Shown here: piece after piece, positions 15,001 through 26,509 of the stretch
How the letters are laid out: every line of letters begins with the position of its first letter
How positions within the stretch are numbered: the first letter of the stretch is position 1
Source of the DNA: Tubulanus polymorphus
Taxonomy: Eukaryota > Animalia > Nemertea
DNA length: 64,000 nt
Direction: 5' to 3'
NCBI RefSeq assembly: GCF_964204645.1
Contig: NC_134025.1
Span: 13,826,001 to 13,890,000, forward strand
Notes under the pieces: generated by a model
The model's database searches: none
The model's input: the letters and a program-made list of their open reading frames with translations, nothing else
Told to the model about the DNA's origin: nothing
Program-made: the position numbers and the translations under genes

Positions 15001-16450
15001 GCTTATGCGGCGTTTAAGGATGATTCAGACACGGTGAAGAAATGGTAACATCAGGATTTATCGGATTGTTAGATTATAATTTGTATGCGATACAATTTGG
15101 GTGGGGTTCTCTTTTTGTCAATATCTTACAGGATCCAAGCGTATACCCTGACGGGCCTTCGAATTGAAGGGAAACTCGGTCTGAGAACTCGACGAATTGA
15201 GGGACCTCTATGAGTTAATGAAATAATGCTTCTCTAATGAACGCGTATAGATTACAATGTCGAACGTATGTTACCGTCTCGGTGGTTTTCTTCACAGGTG
15301 AATTTGTTTCCGACCTTCAGCGGGTGGGGTGATTTCTTAAAATTAGTTTTTCAGATGTTCGCCCAGGACAACTATCATGCGACGGGCTTGGCTGGTCGAA
15401 AGAAGAGTCTGAATGATTGTGAAATTGTTGAAACTGTAAAGTAGCAAGTGCCGCAAGATTGTTGAGATTTATAATTTTAGTCAGGTTCGGTGGGGCTATT
15501 AATGTTGAGTTTTTCAGGTCGTCAGATCGAATGACTTTTGTCATTTTTCGTATACCTATGATTTCATTCACGCGGTGCGACTGTAAATTTAGAAAAAGAA
15601 AAATATACGTAGATTTCTACGATGAGAGACGGTAATTTCTTGTGTCGATCAATTTTTAATTCCGGGCAATCTGGGAGAATTTCTTTCCTTTGATATTCTA
15701 GGCCGTTTTACTCGAAAAAAATGGATGAATCATCCAATGCAGATTCTTTTCTGTGGCTCGGCTATTTTCGACAAAGTAACAACTAATATGGTTGGTGTGT
15801 TTTCTTTGTTAAGGCATTGGGAGGGTTTGTTATAAACATGCTTCTTCTTTTATCCCAAGTATATAGTTCATCGGATCTTGTATTTGTAATCGAATGAAGA
15901 TTACTTAGATCGAGAATTAGTTCGTCAATGGTAAATTTGAGAGAGAAATTTAATTTTTATAGGTGTACATATTTTTCCAAGGTCTTATATTTCTCTCGTC
16001 GTCGTATCTATGAATGTCTTGGCTATGTGGCTTGGTCATGTGACTTCGTCAGAGCGTACGCGTAGTTTTTGTGGTGCATGAAAAAAAAACATTCATCTGA
16101 TTGAAAGTGCAAATCATTGCGAATTGAAGTTCGATGTATCGTTCATAACTCCTCCGCTGGTTCAAAAATAAAAAGCAAAAAGAAAGAAAAACAGGCGAAA
16201 GTGACAAGTAATATTAATGCCCATTCCCTAAAAGAAACGTACTTCAATGAGGAGATTTTCGCAACTTGGTAATAAGAAATCGGTGATCAGTCGATTCGGG
16301 AATGGGCGGGGATTTTTGGCCTTTGTTTTTCAGGTCTTTGGGAAGATGAAGAATTTGCACAATTAAGAACTCAATAAGGCAATAAATTCTACATATCCAT
16401 CGCCGCTTGTTGATCAAGGCACTCAAATTGTTTGTAGTCGGAAAAAGAAT
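1..16450. repeat. Tandem macrosatellite, ~1,627-bp unit, ten recognisable units plus diverged partial units at both edges
   Basis: The same 84-aa minus-strand ORF starts at 1323, 2555, 4192, 5814, 7441, 9068, 10695, 12322, 13947 and 15571 (spacings 1232, 1637, 1622, 1627, 1627, 1627, 1627, 1625, 1624). Copies are near-identical in the middle and diverged at 1-480 and 15,850-16,450. The window starts inside the array. Confidence 0.98.
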
Positions 16451-17096
16451 GTTGAGGACGAACCAGACAAGAAAAAATGGTAAGTTGTGTGGAAAATTAT
16501 CTGAAAGATCTGGAATGTTTGATAAGTACAGTAATTATCTTAATTGCCGTTTTTGTGTAAATTTTTATTTTTCAGGTTAGCTCAGCTTGGAAGTAGTGCG
16601 AAAAATGAGATAAATATGTGCTAAAAGTAGAGTAAACGCAAGCGAGGACAAAATCTAATTCACAAAATCAATTCTTATCAGGGGGGTGAGACAACACCTT
16701 CAGCTGGTCTTGAGCATGGGCAAACATACCTCCCCCTCCGCTGGAGTAGGGTTGGGTATCCGGCTCGCAGCAATAACCCTGTTTCTGGGCAAATTGGCTT
16801 TCAAATTGCTAACTTAAAAGAATGAATAATGGTGTATTATTTTTTTCAAAATAAATTCAGATATTATTGACAAAAAATTACTTTGGCTGTGATGTGAATT
16901 TATTTGCCACGAATGTCAGTTGAGGACATCAAATGAATACCGAGTGGAAGTCAAACTCGCGATAGAAACCTTCAGTGATTTCTGGTAGACTGATTGTGCC
17001 AGTGACATACGCACCCAGGCAGGCAGCGACCGAGGAAAATTGGAAGGCCTGGTCCAGAAGACAAATGATAACAATTTTAAGTACACGTCGATGATA

Positions 17097-17836
17097 CAGT
17101 CAACCTCGGTTAATCCGTCTCTGGTTAAACCGTGTAAGTGTTTATTCCGTATGAAACAAATTGGTCCCGTTTTTCAGTAACGTTAATCCCTTCAAATTTC
17201 TGTGTCTAATTCGTACTCCATAATCCGTATTTTCACTTATTCCGTAGACAAATGCATGGTCCTTATGTGTAATCCGTATCAGCTGTTGGGAACATATACA
17301 TGAAGTGAAAAAAGTATCATCTGTATTAAATCTATTGAGGTTAATGTTGTCAGTAGGAAAGATGAAAAACTCATGTTATATTAGTCTCAAGCTTCACTAA
17401 ATATTCAGTACAGATGCTTTTATCTGTCAATCAAGTCCTTTGATGAATCGCCCTCAAGTACATGGCCTGTGGGTGATCTGTACTAGGCACGCGATGGCTT
17501 CAAATAGTCCTAATCTATTGAAACCAGTTGGTTTGTGTTTCATCACACCAGGGGGGTGTTTTCTTTTCAAGTATAAATGATATCAAATGGATCTAATGAA
17601 CCATCTGATACTATGAACTTTTTATTCCCCTACTAGATTGTTAGAATGTGGTTCTAATGTAGTAGTCGTGCACGCTTTGAGAGATAACCAGCTATTATAT
17701 GAATTGTGCACTTAAATCATAGTTTATACAGGGTAATAGTTAATTTGTATCAATTATGAATTATCTGTTATCCGTATATCACTTAATCCGTACTAAAAAG
17801 CTGTCCCTAGTGATACGGATTAGCCGAGGTTGACTG
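17097..17836. mobile_element. Tc1/mariner-pogo-type MITE, 740 bp
   Basis: Terminal inverted repeats CAGTCAACCTCGGTTAATCCG and CGGATTAGCCGAGGTTGACTG, flanked by TA at 17095-96 and 17837-38. Subterminal (T/A)ATCCGT motifs; no ORF. Confidence 0.9.
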
Positions 17837-18309
17837 TACCACTATTGTTACCACAATTAGGTGTCGAATTTTAATCAATGTGGACAATTATTGACTATTG
17901 GCGATTTGAAACATCCAGTACTATGGTTCCGTTCCAAGGACAATAAAGTCATGTTGATAAGTATTCTCCAAGTAGTACTATGTATGACAAAAATGAATAT
18001 ATCAGGTGATAATGAAGTGGATTTTAGTAGTGTTCCGTTCTGCAAATTACAGTTACCCCCTAGTGAAACTGTATTTCCCAGAACGGAACGAAGAAAATTT
18101 AATCATGTTCATAAGTATTAATAAATGGTCATCATTTGTGGGTATGACAGCATATAAAGACATTTCTGATCCGATAACATTTTTATATGTATTTCATAGA
18201 CGTTGTCGAAATGTCCGTTTTTTTCCATAAATTAGCGTTCCCTCCGATTGGTGCTAACGGTTTCATTTCATCAATATTAAAGAGAAATAATTTGATGATT
18301 TACTTGTAC

Positions 18310-18350
18310 CATGGACGTATAAACTAGATAATCTAGTTTATAAGTCCATG
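18310..18350. mobile_element. 41-bp palindromic micro-MITE with 7-bp target-site duplication (P-element-like CATGG ends)
   Basis: CATGGACGTATAAACTAGAT-A-ATCTAGTTTATAAGTCCATG (one mismatch), flanked by direct CTTGTAC at 18303-18309 and 18351-18357. Confidence 0.8.
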
Positions 18351-18389
18351 CTTGTACACAACTGAATTTCTTGAGTCATTTTCCATACA

Positions 18390-18960
18390 TTAAACGGTAT
18401 CACGCAATTGGCTGCCATCTTCAGTTTCATCCGTACTCTTTCCTAGGTAGATATGATTGTGGCGAGTTTCTAGGTGATTGGCTATTCTATATGGTCACCA
18501 GGAGGCGTAGAATAGAAGAATAATTTAGTATAACCTTATTACATTAGCCAATTTTGTCACCATTGCAAAATTGTAGGTGACATGCTCTATGATTGTCGTG
18601 AGTTTCGAGGTCATTGGATTTAGTATGGTCACTAGGGAGCGTTGAATATTGAAATTGTTAGATTTTGAGCATTCGAAACTACTACCCAAGTAGTTTTGGA
18701 GATATTTGATACTAGGGGATGCGCTGTTACTAAAACCATATTCTGTTCTCAGAATTCAACCAAAATGACCTCTTTTAAAAGGGCTCAAACAAGGCCATAG
18801 GATAGCCATCTAGTGTTCGACTGGCCAAATTCCGATGATAGACCCTTCAGGGATTCATATAGATACGAAATATAAAAAAGGCGATTAAAGCGTCTTCAAA
18901 TTTACCCTTGAAAACTTTAAAAGTGTGGAAAAAGTGCAGATTCTTGATTCTGATTAAAAG
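18390..18960 (-). repeat. Fragment of dispersed Helentron/HINE-like repeat family
   Basis: Reverse-complement copies of the TATTCAACGCCCCCTGGTGACCATA subrepeat seen at 30.1-30.5 kb and 44.5-44.7 kb. Boundaries approximate. Confidence 0.55.
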
Positions 18961-19197
18961 TCTAATCTGCAGCAGTTGTAGCTAGGGCAGATACATGTAT
19001 AAACCTTATATCAAAACAATCATTGAAGACATCCAAACTGAGCTGTCTACCTAGAAAATTGGGGTAATTATACAGTAAACATTAAAATATTGCAAGGCTT
19101 TTGTCTGCAGATTGCTACCTGCTTTATATATCAATTATTAAGCATTAATGAGGGATGTAGATATGTAACCAAAAATGAACTTATGTATGTACCAATC

Positions 19198-19203
19198 TTT
19201 ATT
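19198..19203 (-). promoter_or_regulatory. Candidate polyadenylation signal of COQ6
   Basis: AATAAA on the minus strand ~230 nt after the predicted stop codon; position only, no transcript evidence. Confidence 0.4.
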
Positions 19204-19431
19204 CCACAAATTCAGTTGCACAAAGAAAGCATTGACTTTTCTGTAATTTTTTCCATATAGAGACACAATCAACATGTATGGGGGCAATTCCCGCAAAAAT
19301 CAACATTTCGTCTATTTGTCTGTACAGTCATACTTCGATTTAATAACGACCCTGAATTACTGCCAACCTCGCCTATAGCCTCAATTTCATGGAAAACGGA
19401 ACAAAAATTCCAGGATTTCAACTATTCCGAA

Positions 19432-19473
19432 TCAGAGCTGGATCCCTTTCATTGCATATTCCATTATCTTATC
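19432..19473 (-). CDS. COQ6: COQ6 terminal coding exon (DKIMEYAMKGIQL*)
   Basis: Acceptor TATTTTCAG|GAT in phase 0, matching the AAG|GTGAGA donor of the exon at 41,093. The peptide resembles the short COQ6 C-terminus (xxIMxxAxK). The exon is short, so less certain. Confidence 0.72.
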   Translation of the reverse strand, partial: DKIMEYAMKGIQL

Positions 19474-19924
19474 CTGAAAATACAGTTAAATATACATGAG
19501 TTGGAAACTGGTAGCTCTGATATACACACTTGTCAGTCAATTCCTGTGGGTCAATTTGGGAATAAGATATAATATACGTTCAAAATATACGATGAGGTTG
19601 GACTCAGTCTGACTCAGATCAAAATGCCTTTTCTCATTATCATCTGAACAAAATTTCACCAACAGCAGAACAGAGTTATCAATTATTACCAACAATATTG
19701 TCAGTAAAACATAAAATATTGTCCAAGATTGACTCTCATGTTAGTAAGAATGACTGAAAATTGTGGACCGTTAATGCTACTGTCAGAATCCTATGTCAAT
19801 CGAAATGATATGTCAATAGAAATGATAATTTTGATTGACAGGCAGTTGGCCAGTGGTGTTTCACTACTAGCAGAACAGAAATCTGCACATGTATGTACCG
19901 GTATATAGTATATTACGATAGGTA

Positions 19925-20650
19925 AACACAATATCCGTGTTGACGCGATGAGGAGAGAATCCCACAATGATAATAAAAAGTCCGAAAATGAAACTTCGAG
20001 ATAGTAGTTTATTTCAACGTTTCGACTATATCCTAATAGTCATCTTCAGGAATAATGAGATACTACAGAAATTATGAGATATATATACAATCCAGAGACA
20101 AAGAGACTAATTCAAGTAATCAGAGATGATACAAACTAAAGGAAAATTAACGTAGAAACAGTTACACGCTAAAATAGATTAAAGGGAAGCAAACTAAGGG
20201 GTGATTATAAACAACAATAGTGAGTATAAATATAAATGAAACTTAAAGTCAGTAGTAAAAAGAAAGGGGGCACTTAAATTAAAACAAAGGTGAATACAAG
20301 TTAAGTCAGAGACGAAATTGATGAGAGAACAAATAACAAATAATCAAAGGGGAAATCAAGTGTTGAGTTTAACCAGTTTACAGAGGAATTTTGATATAAG
20401 TTTATTATGGGGTGAAAAACCATTGTTAAGGTTTACAACGTTGTTCGAATTTTCAATAATTAATGCAGATTCCAAAATATGTCTTCTAGTTTTATCGCTG
20501 CAAGGGTAAACTAATTCAGCATTAGCAAAATCAAAATTGTGTGAAGTCTGAAAAACATGACTAGCAACTCCGCTTTCAGGTTAAAAGTTTTTTACATCTA
20601 ATTTATGCTCTTTTATGCGTTGATTAAGATTCCGACCTGTTTCTCCTATA
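19925..20650 (-). mobile_element. 5'-truncated Penelope-like retroelement relic (GIY-YIG C-terminal half plus 3' region)
   Basis: Minus strand 20649-20356 translates IGETGRNLNQRIKEHKLDVKNF*PESGVASHVFQTSHNFDF...RHILESALI...VNLNNG, the GIY-YIG endonuclease pattern of Penelope elements, with one in-frame stop. A hammerhead motif follows. Confidence 0.85.
20015..20050 (-). ncRNA. Minimal hammerhead ribozyme motif (Penelope-type)
   Basis: Minus strand CCTGAAGA-T-GACTAT-TAGGAT-ATAGTC-GAAAC-GTTG: CUGANGA box, 6-bp stem II, GAAA box and short palindromic stem III. Confidence 0.7.
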
Positions 20651-20981
20651 CTAAGTATATATACTAAATGCTATGCTGGGACTAAAGTCCCAAGTGGGCT
20701 AAAAATGTCGATTTGAATTTGTGTACTTTTCGGGCAACTTCGACTACGATATTGTAGAAATTAACATAATGCGTACAGATGGATCCACTTTAGAAGTCGA
20801 AGCTTTAGTTGTACCGGCCTAAACCATTACCTGTGCCTTCTGATAATGAAACAATTAATGAATTTAAAGGACGTCAATTCGCACAACTCATACATTACGC
20901 GCCAGATCATATCGACATTTCTCACAAGTGATTATTACTACAATAAAGAAGTTTCCAGTTTCTAGGTGCCATTTTGTGGCG

Positions 20982-21210
20982 GTCCATCGAGGTTCCCATT
21001 GTTGCGATAATTTGCACTAATTTCATAAGTTTTGATTGAATATGATATAGCTCTGCAGTCCCTTGCTTGATTCACTTCATTAATACACCATTCTAAAGGA
21101 AATGAAATGCAGATTTTTGCCAGTGATTATTGAATTTTTTGAACACAACAATTGAGAGCAGAGAGCAAAAATGAGCGCAAATTATCGCAACAATGGGGAC
21201 CTCGACGGGC
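20982..21210. mobile_element. Small MITE (Harbinger-like)
   Basis: About 35-bp inverted ends: GTCCATCGAGGTTCCCATTGTTGCGATAATTTGC and GCAAATTATCGCAACAATGGGGACCTCGACGGGC. No clean TSD. Confidence 0.65.
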
Positions 21211-22403
21211 TGGAGGAAACTGACTCGTTTCATTTTGAGGGTAGTTCCAGTTAATCCACAATGCGCAGTGCCTAGCCTTCATCTACACTAAAGCCAAGCC
21301 TATGTATGGGAAAATGTTGTTCGAGGCATGAATGCAGATGGTAGTCTCCAGCAAGTTGAGAAAGTAAAGTTGTGACCTCTACCCGGGGACGACCCTTTAA
21401 AGCTCCACCTTGTAGAAAATGTAGAAATATGAAACCTAATCCAAGCTATGCTAAGTACAATGACCGTTGAACCTTTATTCACAAATTTCAATGACACCGA
21501 AAATAATATGGAAATAATCAAATTTTGATGCTAGCCCTTATTATGGGTTGTCAGGTTCAGCTTAACTGTACTTTCATTCAACTACTTCTTGTATGAAACG
21601 TGGAAATGAGAGGTTGCAAGGAAATACCAAACAATAATAAAAAAAATTGAGAATTAGAATTACTGTAGTTAAGAATCTATTCAAATGAAGTGACAATTTC
21701 ATTGTTAGCAAATACGGTACATGCACATAAAACAATAACAACAATTTATATCATGATGCACAGATAGATGAAATGTAAATAAATGGAGTAGAATATTATT
21801 TATTTAATTTTCCATTGTGGGGAAGCATGATGGTAGTTTTTGGAACTGATGTAGTTTTGATGAAATTTTGGCAAGTAAGTATCATGTTACACAGTGTGTC
21901 CTGAACAATAATTGTTCCTCCTCATTCAATGGAAGAGGAGGGGTAACCCAGTACAGGTATGCCAGTGCATCCGAGCCGAATGCCCCACCGTGTTTGGTAC
22001 CCATACTCCGAGCAAAAGAGGTCCATGAAATTCCTTTTTTCATCATCATTCTGCCTCTCAGGACCAACGGATTTCATACATATAACCGAAATTCGTTACC
22101 TATCCCATTTGCCGAAATTATGGCAACATTTATAAATTGTGGTCTGATGCCAGTTGAAAATGTTGAAGGGAGCCGAAGCCGTAGGCATATCTCTATAACC
22201 CGAAAATTTGGTAAAGACTAAAGCACAGTTTAGGACTCGGCAGCAGACACCGGGCCCGTAAAATTTTTCAAAACGTGTATCGTCGGTTCCTAGCACGATT
22301 TCAGCGTTTTTAGGGAATTCCCTGAAATTTCAGCATATTTCGGGAATTCTCTTTCAGCGTTTCACCGTTACAGCTTTTTCACCGAAGTCCAGGAACCGTG
22401 GAG

Positions 22404-22677
22404 TCAGGGCCTTGCCTTCTCAATAAAGTCACTTCTATTCTCATACGGTTTGATTATTTAACAATGCGGTAACCAACGATATCGAAAAAGCGTTTTTACA
22501 CATTGGTTAAATCGGATTGTGATTCTACGCGTTTTTTTCTAAAGATGCAGAAAGTATATTTGAGGTTTATCGCTTTAAAAGAGTTCTTTTTGGTCGATAT
22601 GTTCGCCGTTCATGCTAAATAGCACAATTATATATCATCTCAGAAATAATTTTGAAGGTAAATTTACGAATAACCTC
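22404..22677 (+). pseudogene. BEL/Pao LTR retrotransposon pol relic, part 1 (RT N-half)
   Basis: Frameshifted motifs SGPCLLNKVTSILIRF, AVTNDIEKAFLHIG, FEVYRFKRVLFG and CSPFMLNSTIIYHL, typical of BEL/Pao RT. Confidence 0.85.
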
Positions 22678-25600
22678 TTTTTTTTTCTGGCATCCTTCCG
22701 TCTAAGGAGACGAATGCGCAGCGCTGGAACATCTTCAAGATCTAGTGTGGCTAAGGAGGCCGACTCTCGAATAGCAGTCACGGTTGCATTGACAGCAGAT
22801 GAAGGCAGTGGGAGTTCTGGGTTCTGCTGCTCTTGGCTTCCTACGGATGCGCTTGGTTGACAGACTCTCAGATCTGGCATGTTCAGCAACACGAACACCT
22901 GCTGCCACGGCACTAGCCCAACCAACACTTTCCCAAGTGTTAGGGTTAATTGCCATTGCTTTCATGTCCCGTTTGCAGACATTCTTGAATCTGAGTTTGG
23001 GTCTTCCAGCTGCACGGGTACCGTGCTTGAGTTCCCCGTATAGGACTTTTGGGATGCACCCTTAATCCATTCTTCTGACATGGCCCAGCCATCTTAAGCG
23101 TCTTTGCATGAGCAGCACAGGGATACTGTGTGACTCGGCTCTTTCGAGAACTTCGGTGACTCTGTCCTTCCAATCTATTCGCAAGATCCGTCTCAAGCAT
23201 CGCATGTGGAAGCTGTTAAGGCGCCTCTCCTGGTATGAATATGAAGACCAAGTCTCGCTGCCATAGAGGAGAGTGCCGAGAACGCATGCCTGGTAGACAT
23301 GCATCTTGGTTTTCACGGATAGTTGGCAGTTTGTCCAGACCTGGTTTTTCAATCTGGCCATTGTGGCTGTGGCCTTCGCAATTCTAGATGGGATCTCGGT
23401 GTCCAGAGAGAAGGAACTGGAGATTTTTGACCCGAGATAAGTGAAGGTGTCCACTACCTCAAGCAGGTTGTTGTCAATGGAAATTTCAGGGACAGCATCG
23501 ACATCCTGAGCCATGATGTTGGTCTTCTTCAGACCGATGGTTAGCCCAAACTGTTTGCAAGCGAATGACAAGCGACTGACTAGGTGTTGTAGTCCTGCTT
23601 CGCTTAACGAGATGAGTGCAGCATCATCTGCAAACAGCAAGTCATGGATGAGAACTTCCCAAGTTTTGGTGTCTGCTCGCAGTCTGGCAATGTTGAATAA
23701 TTAGCCATCGGATCTAGTGCGGATGTAGATGCCCCCGGGCAATCCTCGAATGCGTACTTGAGGACCATGGAGAAGATGCCGAAGAGGGTGGGTGCTAACA
23801 CACAGCCTTGTTTCATTCACTCCACTGCTAACTCTGAATGGATCTGAAGTGGCGCCATTGAACCGAACTGTACTCTGCATGTCTTCGTGGAAGGACACGA
23901 TTAGTTGGAGCAGCTTCGGGGGACAGCCTGCCTTCTGCAAGAGTTTAAACAGACCGCTTCTGCTAACTAAGTCGAATGCCTTGGTCAGATCAATGAAGGC
24001 CATGTACAGTGGTTTCCGTTGTTCGCGGCACTTCTCCTGCATTTGCCTTAGGGAGAAAATCATGTCCGCAGTTGATCTGCCTGCTCTGAAGCCGCATTGA
24101 GACTCTGGGTAGACGTGTGAGGCGAGGACCTGGAGCCTGGACAGGCAAACACGTGCAAAGACTTTGCCTACTATGCTCAGTAGGGAAATGCCGCGGTAAT
24201 TGTTGCAATCACTGTGGTCGCCTTTGTTCTTATACAGTGTCACAACTGCGAGTCACGCATGTCCTGGGGTACATAGCCTTGGTTCCAGTAGAGACAGAGA
24301 AGTTTGTGTAGATGTGGCAGAAGAGTATCTTTTCCGCACTTCAGGACTTCAGGTGGGATTCCGTCACTACCTGGTGCTTTACCAGGCTTTAGGGAGTCGA
24401 TTGCTTTATTTAGCTCTGCCATGGTTGGTAGAGCGTCGAGTACGTTCATAACTGGGTGATTTGGTAAAGCGTTGAGGGCTTCGTCTGATTCAACATTCTC
24501 CGTGGAGTACAGTTCCAGATAATGTTCAACCCAACGTTCAAGCTGCTTGTTTGGGTCAGAGATAGGTTCTCCAGATTTTGTTTTGAGTGGAGCAGTCTTG
24601 GTACATGTTGGGCCAGTAGCCACTTTGATGCTCTCGTACATCCCTTTGATGTTGCCCATGTCGGAAGCAGTCTGGATCCTGGAGCATAGGTTCATCCAAT
24701 GATTATTTGCGCAACGCCCAGCCATCTGTTGTGCCAGCTCTGCGGAGGGCAGAGAGTGTGCTAGCGCTGGGCTTTTTCTTGTAAGCTAGAAGTGCTTCCT
24801 TTTTGGCGATGGTGAGTGGTTGCATCGCCTCTCAATTAGCGTCTGCATTCCTGCGTTCTTTCATTCCGAATGCAGATACTGATGAGGCATAGATGGCGTC
24901 ACGCAGGTGTACCCAATTTGGGTCAATACCTTCGCTGTTTAGTGGATTGCTATAGTTCTCATGGAAAGCATGCTCAAACAGTTGCACTCTATCTTCATTG
25001 GTTGTCTGGCATGTGTTAATACGAGGCCGGCTCTTGAGTTTAGTATGGTGGATTCTCCTTGGTGACATCCTTACTTTGGTGCTGACGAGAGAGTGGTCCA
25101 TGTCGCAATCTGCACTGTGATAACTGCGGGTGTTGGAGGACCGAGTTCAAGTCTGCGCGTCTGGTGAGTATCAGATCCAGTTGGTGCCAGTGGTCAGACC
25201 TAGGGTGTTTCCATGAGACTTTATGATGATCCTTGCTCTTGAAGAAAGTGTTAGTGACACACAGACCATGGTGGCAACAGAGTTCTAGTAGACGTTGACC
25301 ATTGTCGTTCATCATGCCAATGCCATGATGTCCATTGCAGGAAGGCCAAGACTCCTGGTCAGCTCCAACTCTGGCGTTGAAGTCACCCAATATGTATAAG
25401 CATTCGTTGAAGGGTATCCTGCTTATCTCTCTGTCCAGGGACTCATAGAACTGATCTTTGGACTCTGGCGTTGAGTGGAGAGTCAGGGCATAGGTACATA
25501 ATATATCTTTGTACCCGGCTGTGGTCAACATCCTGAGAGATAGTAGCCTTTCTGTACCTCCACTTGGTGTAGTCATACTTAGCAAGAGGGAATTTTTCGC

Positions 25601-26500
25601 TGCAAATCCGACGCCGTGCTGTCTAGGGGCATCTGCAGATAAGTCTTGCCAAAAGAAGGTGTAGTCATTTCTTGGATAGAGCCGCTGTCTGCAAGCCTAG
25701 TTTCTTGGAGGCATGCAATGTCGATGTTCAGTCTATCCAGCTCTCTGTTGATAACAGCGGTTTTAAGAGCGTCATCAATCTGGTGGAGATCGTGAGTTAG
25801 GCCGGTGCACATGGTGCGAACGTTCCAACTGGCAAATCGCATAGCTGGAGGTTATTTACTGTTTCTCTTGTAGTTGCTTGGTGCGTAGATTTACAGCTTG
25901 CTTTTCGAGGATATCTCTGAGCCCCACGCACCCAGTGGAGCATGTAAGCTGTGGCAGGACAGCACCTTACTGGCTGGGGGCTGCCCAGCTTGAGGCGGGC
26001 GGTAGCTGTCCAGTGAGACGCGATGATCTCTCCCACCGTTGGAAATGGCCCTAGGCACTCTGTCCTACGCCAATCGGAGTGGAGTTTTTAACCGGTAACT
26101 GCCATAACCCGTGTTGTGTCAACATCTTGCGAAGTTACTGGAGTAGCCTCTCCAGGTCGCTGCATAGCCTGGGCTAGTTTTAAAGAGCTGTTGGGCTGCC
26201 CGGACGTCAAAAGCCCCTCTCTCGGCATTGCTGGTAGTCTCCAAGGGAAAGGTATGCCCAATACGCTCGGTACCAGCAAAGCTGTAGGAGTTGCCGGAAA
26301 GGGGCACAATGTGCTGTCTGACCGCCTACAGGACTCCACTCCGGGTTTTCTGTTGGGGTTATCTCCCTTAGCCTTCTTCTCTCCCGAGATATCAACAAGG
26401 CAGTTGAATTATTTACCCATAGCTGGGGGTTTGGTTCATGGGCACCAGGGCGTGTCCACGCGTCGGTGGGCCTGCATGCCACATGTCTGGGGGCCAAACA
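22678..26500 (-). mobile_element. RTE-clade LINE, near full length, with frameshifted APE-RT ORF
   Basis: Minus-strand pieces give APE motifs (ASWNVRT, ACLQETR, ILGDFNARVG, HQLDLIL, DHSLV) and RT motifs (GKAPGSDGIP, NYRGISLLS, PESQCGFR, FIDLTKAFD, KQGCVLAP, LFADDAAL, FTYLGS, LRWLGHV). The 3' end TCGTCTCCTTAGACGGAAGGATGCCAG is followed by A9 (T9 at 22678-22686). GC-richer than the flanks; no TSD recognised. Confidence 0.95.
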
Positions 26501-26509
26501 GTACATCAG

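Noticed and set aside
356-16426. Repeated 60-90-aa ORFs in the tandem array as protein-coding genes
   Set aside because: They overlap on both strands, mostly start at non-ATG codons, show no recognisable domain and shift frame with homopolymer length between copies; recurrence only reflects the DNA repeat.
1-16450. Array as rDNA, 5S, histone, snRNA or spliced-leader cluster
   Set aside because: No rRNA, histone, tRNA or U-snRNA sequence signatures were recognised in the unit on either strand; an Rfam scan would be the definitive test.
21868-22400. 117-aa ORF and overlapping ORFs as a gene or COQ6 exon
   Set aside because: No recognisable motif or convincing splice-phase fit; probably repeat-derived.
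26040-26500. HDV-like or twister ribozyme in the RTE 5' UTR
   Set aside because: Hairpins are present, but I could not assemble the full pseudoknot or catalytic residues by eye; left as a search suggestion only.
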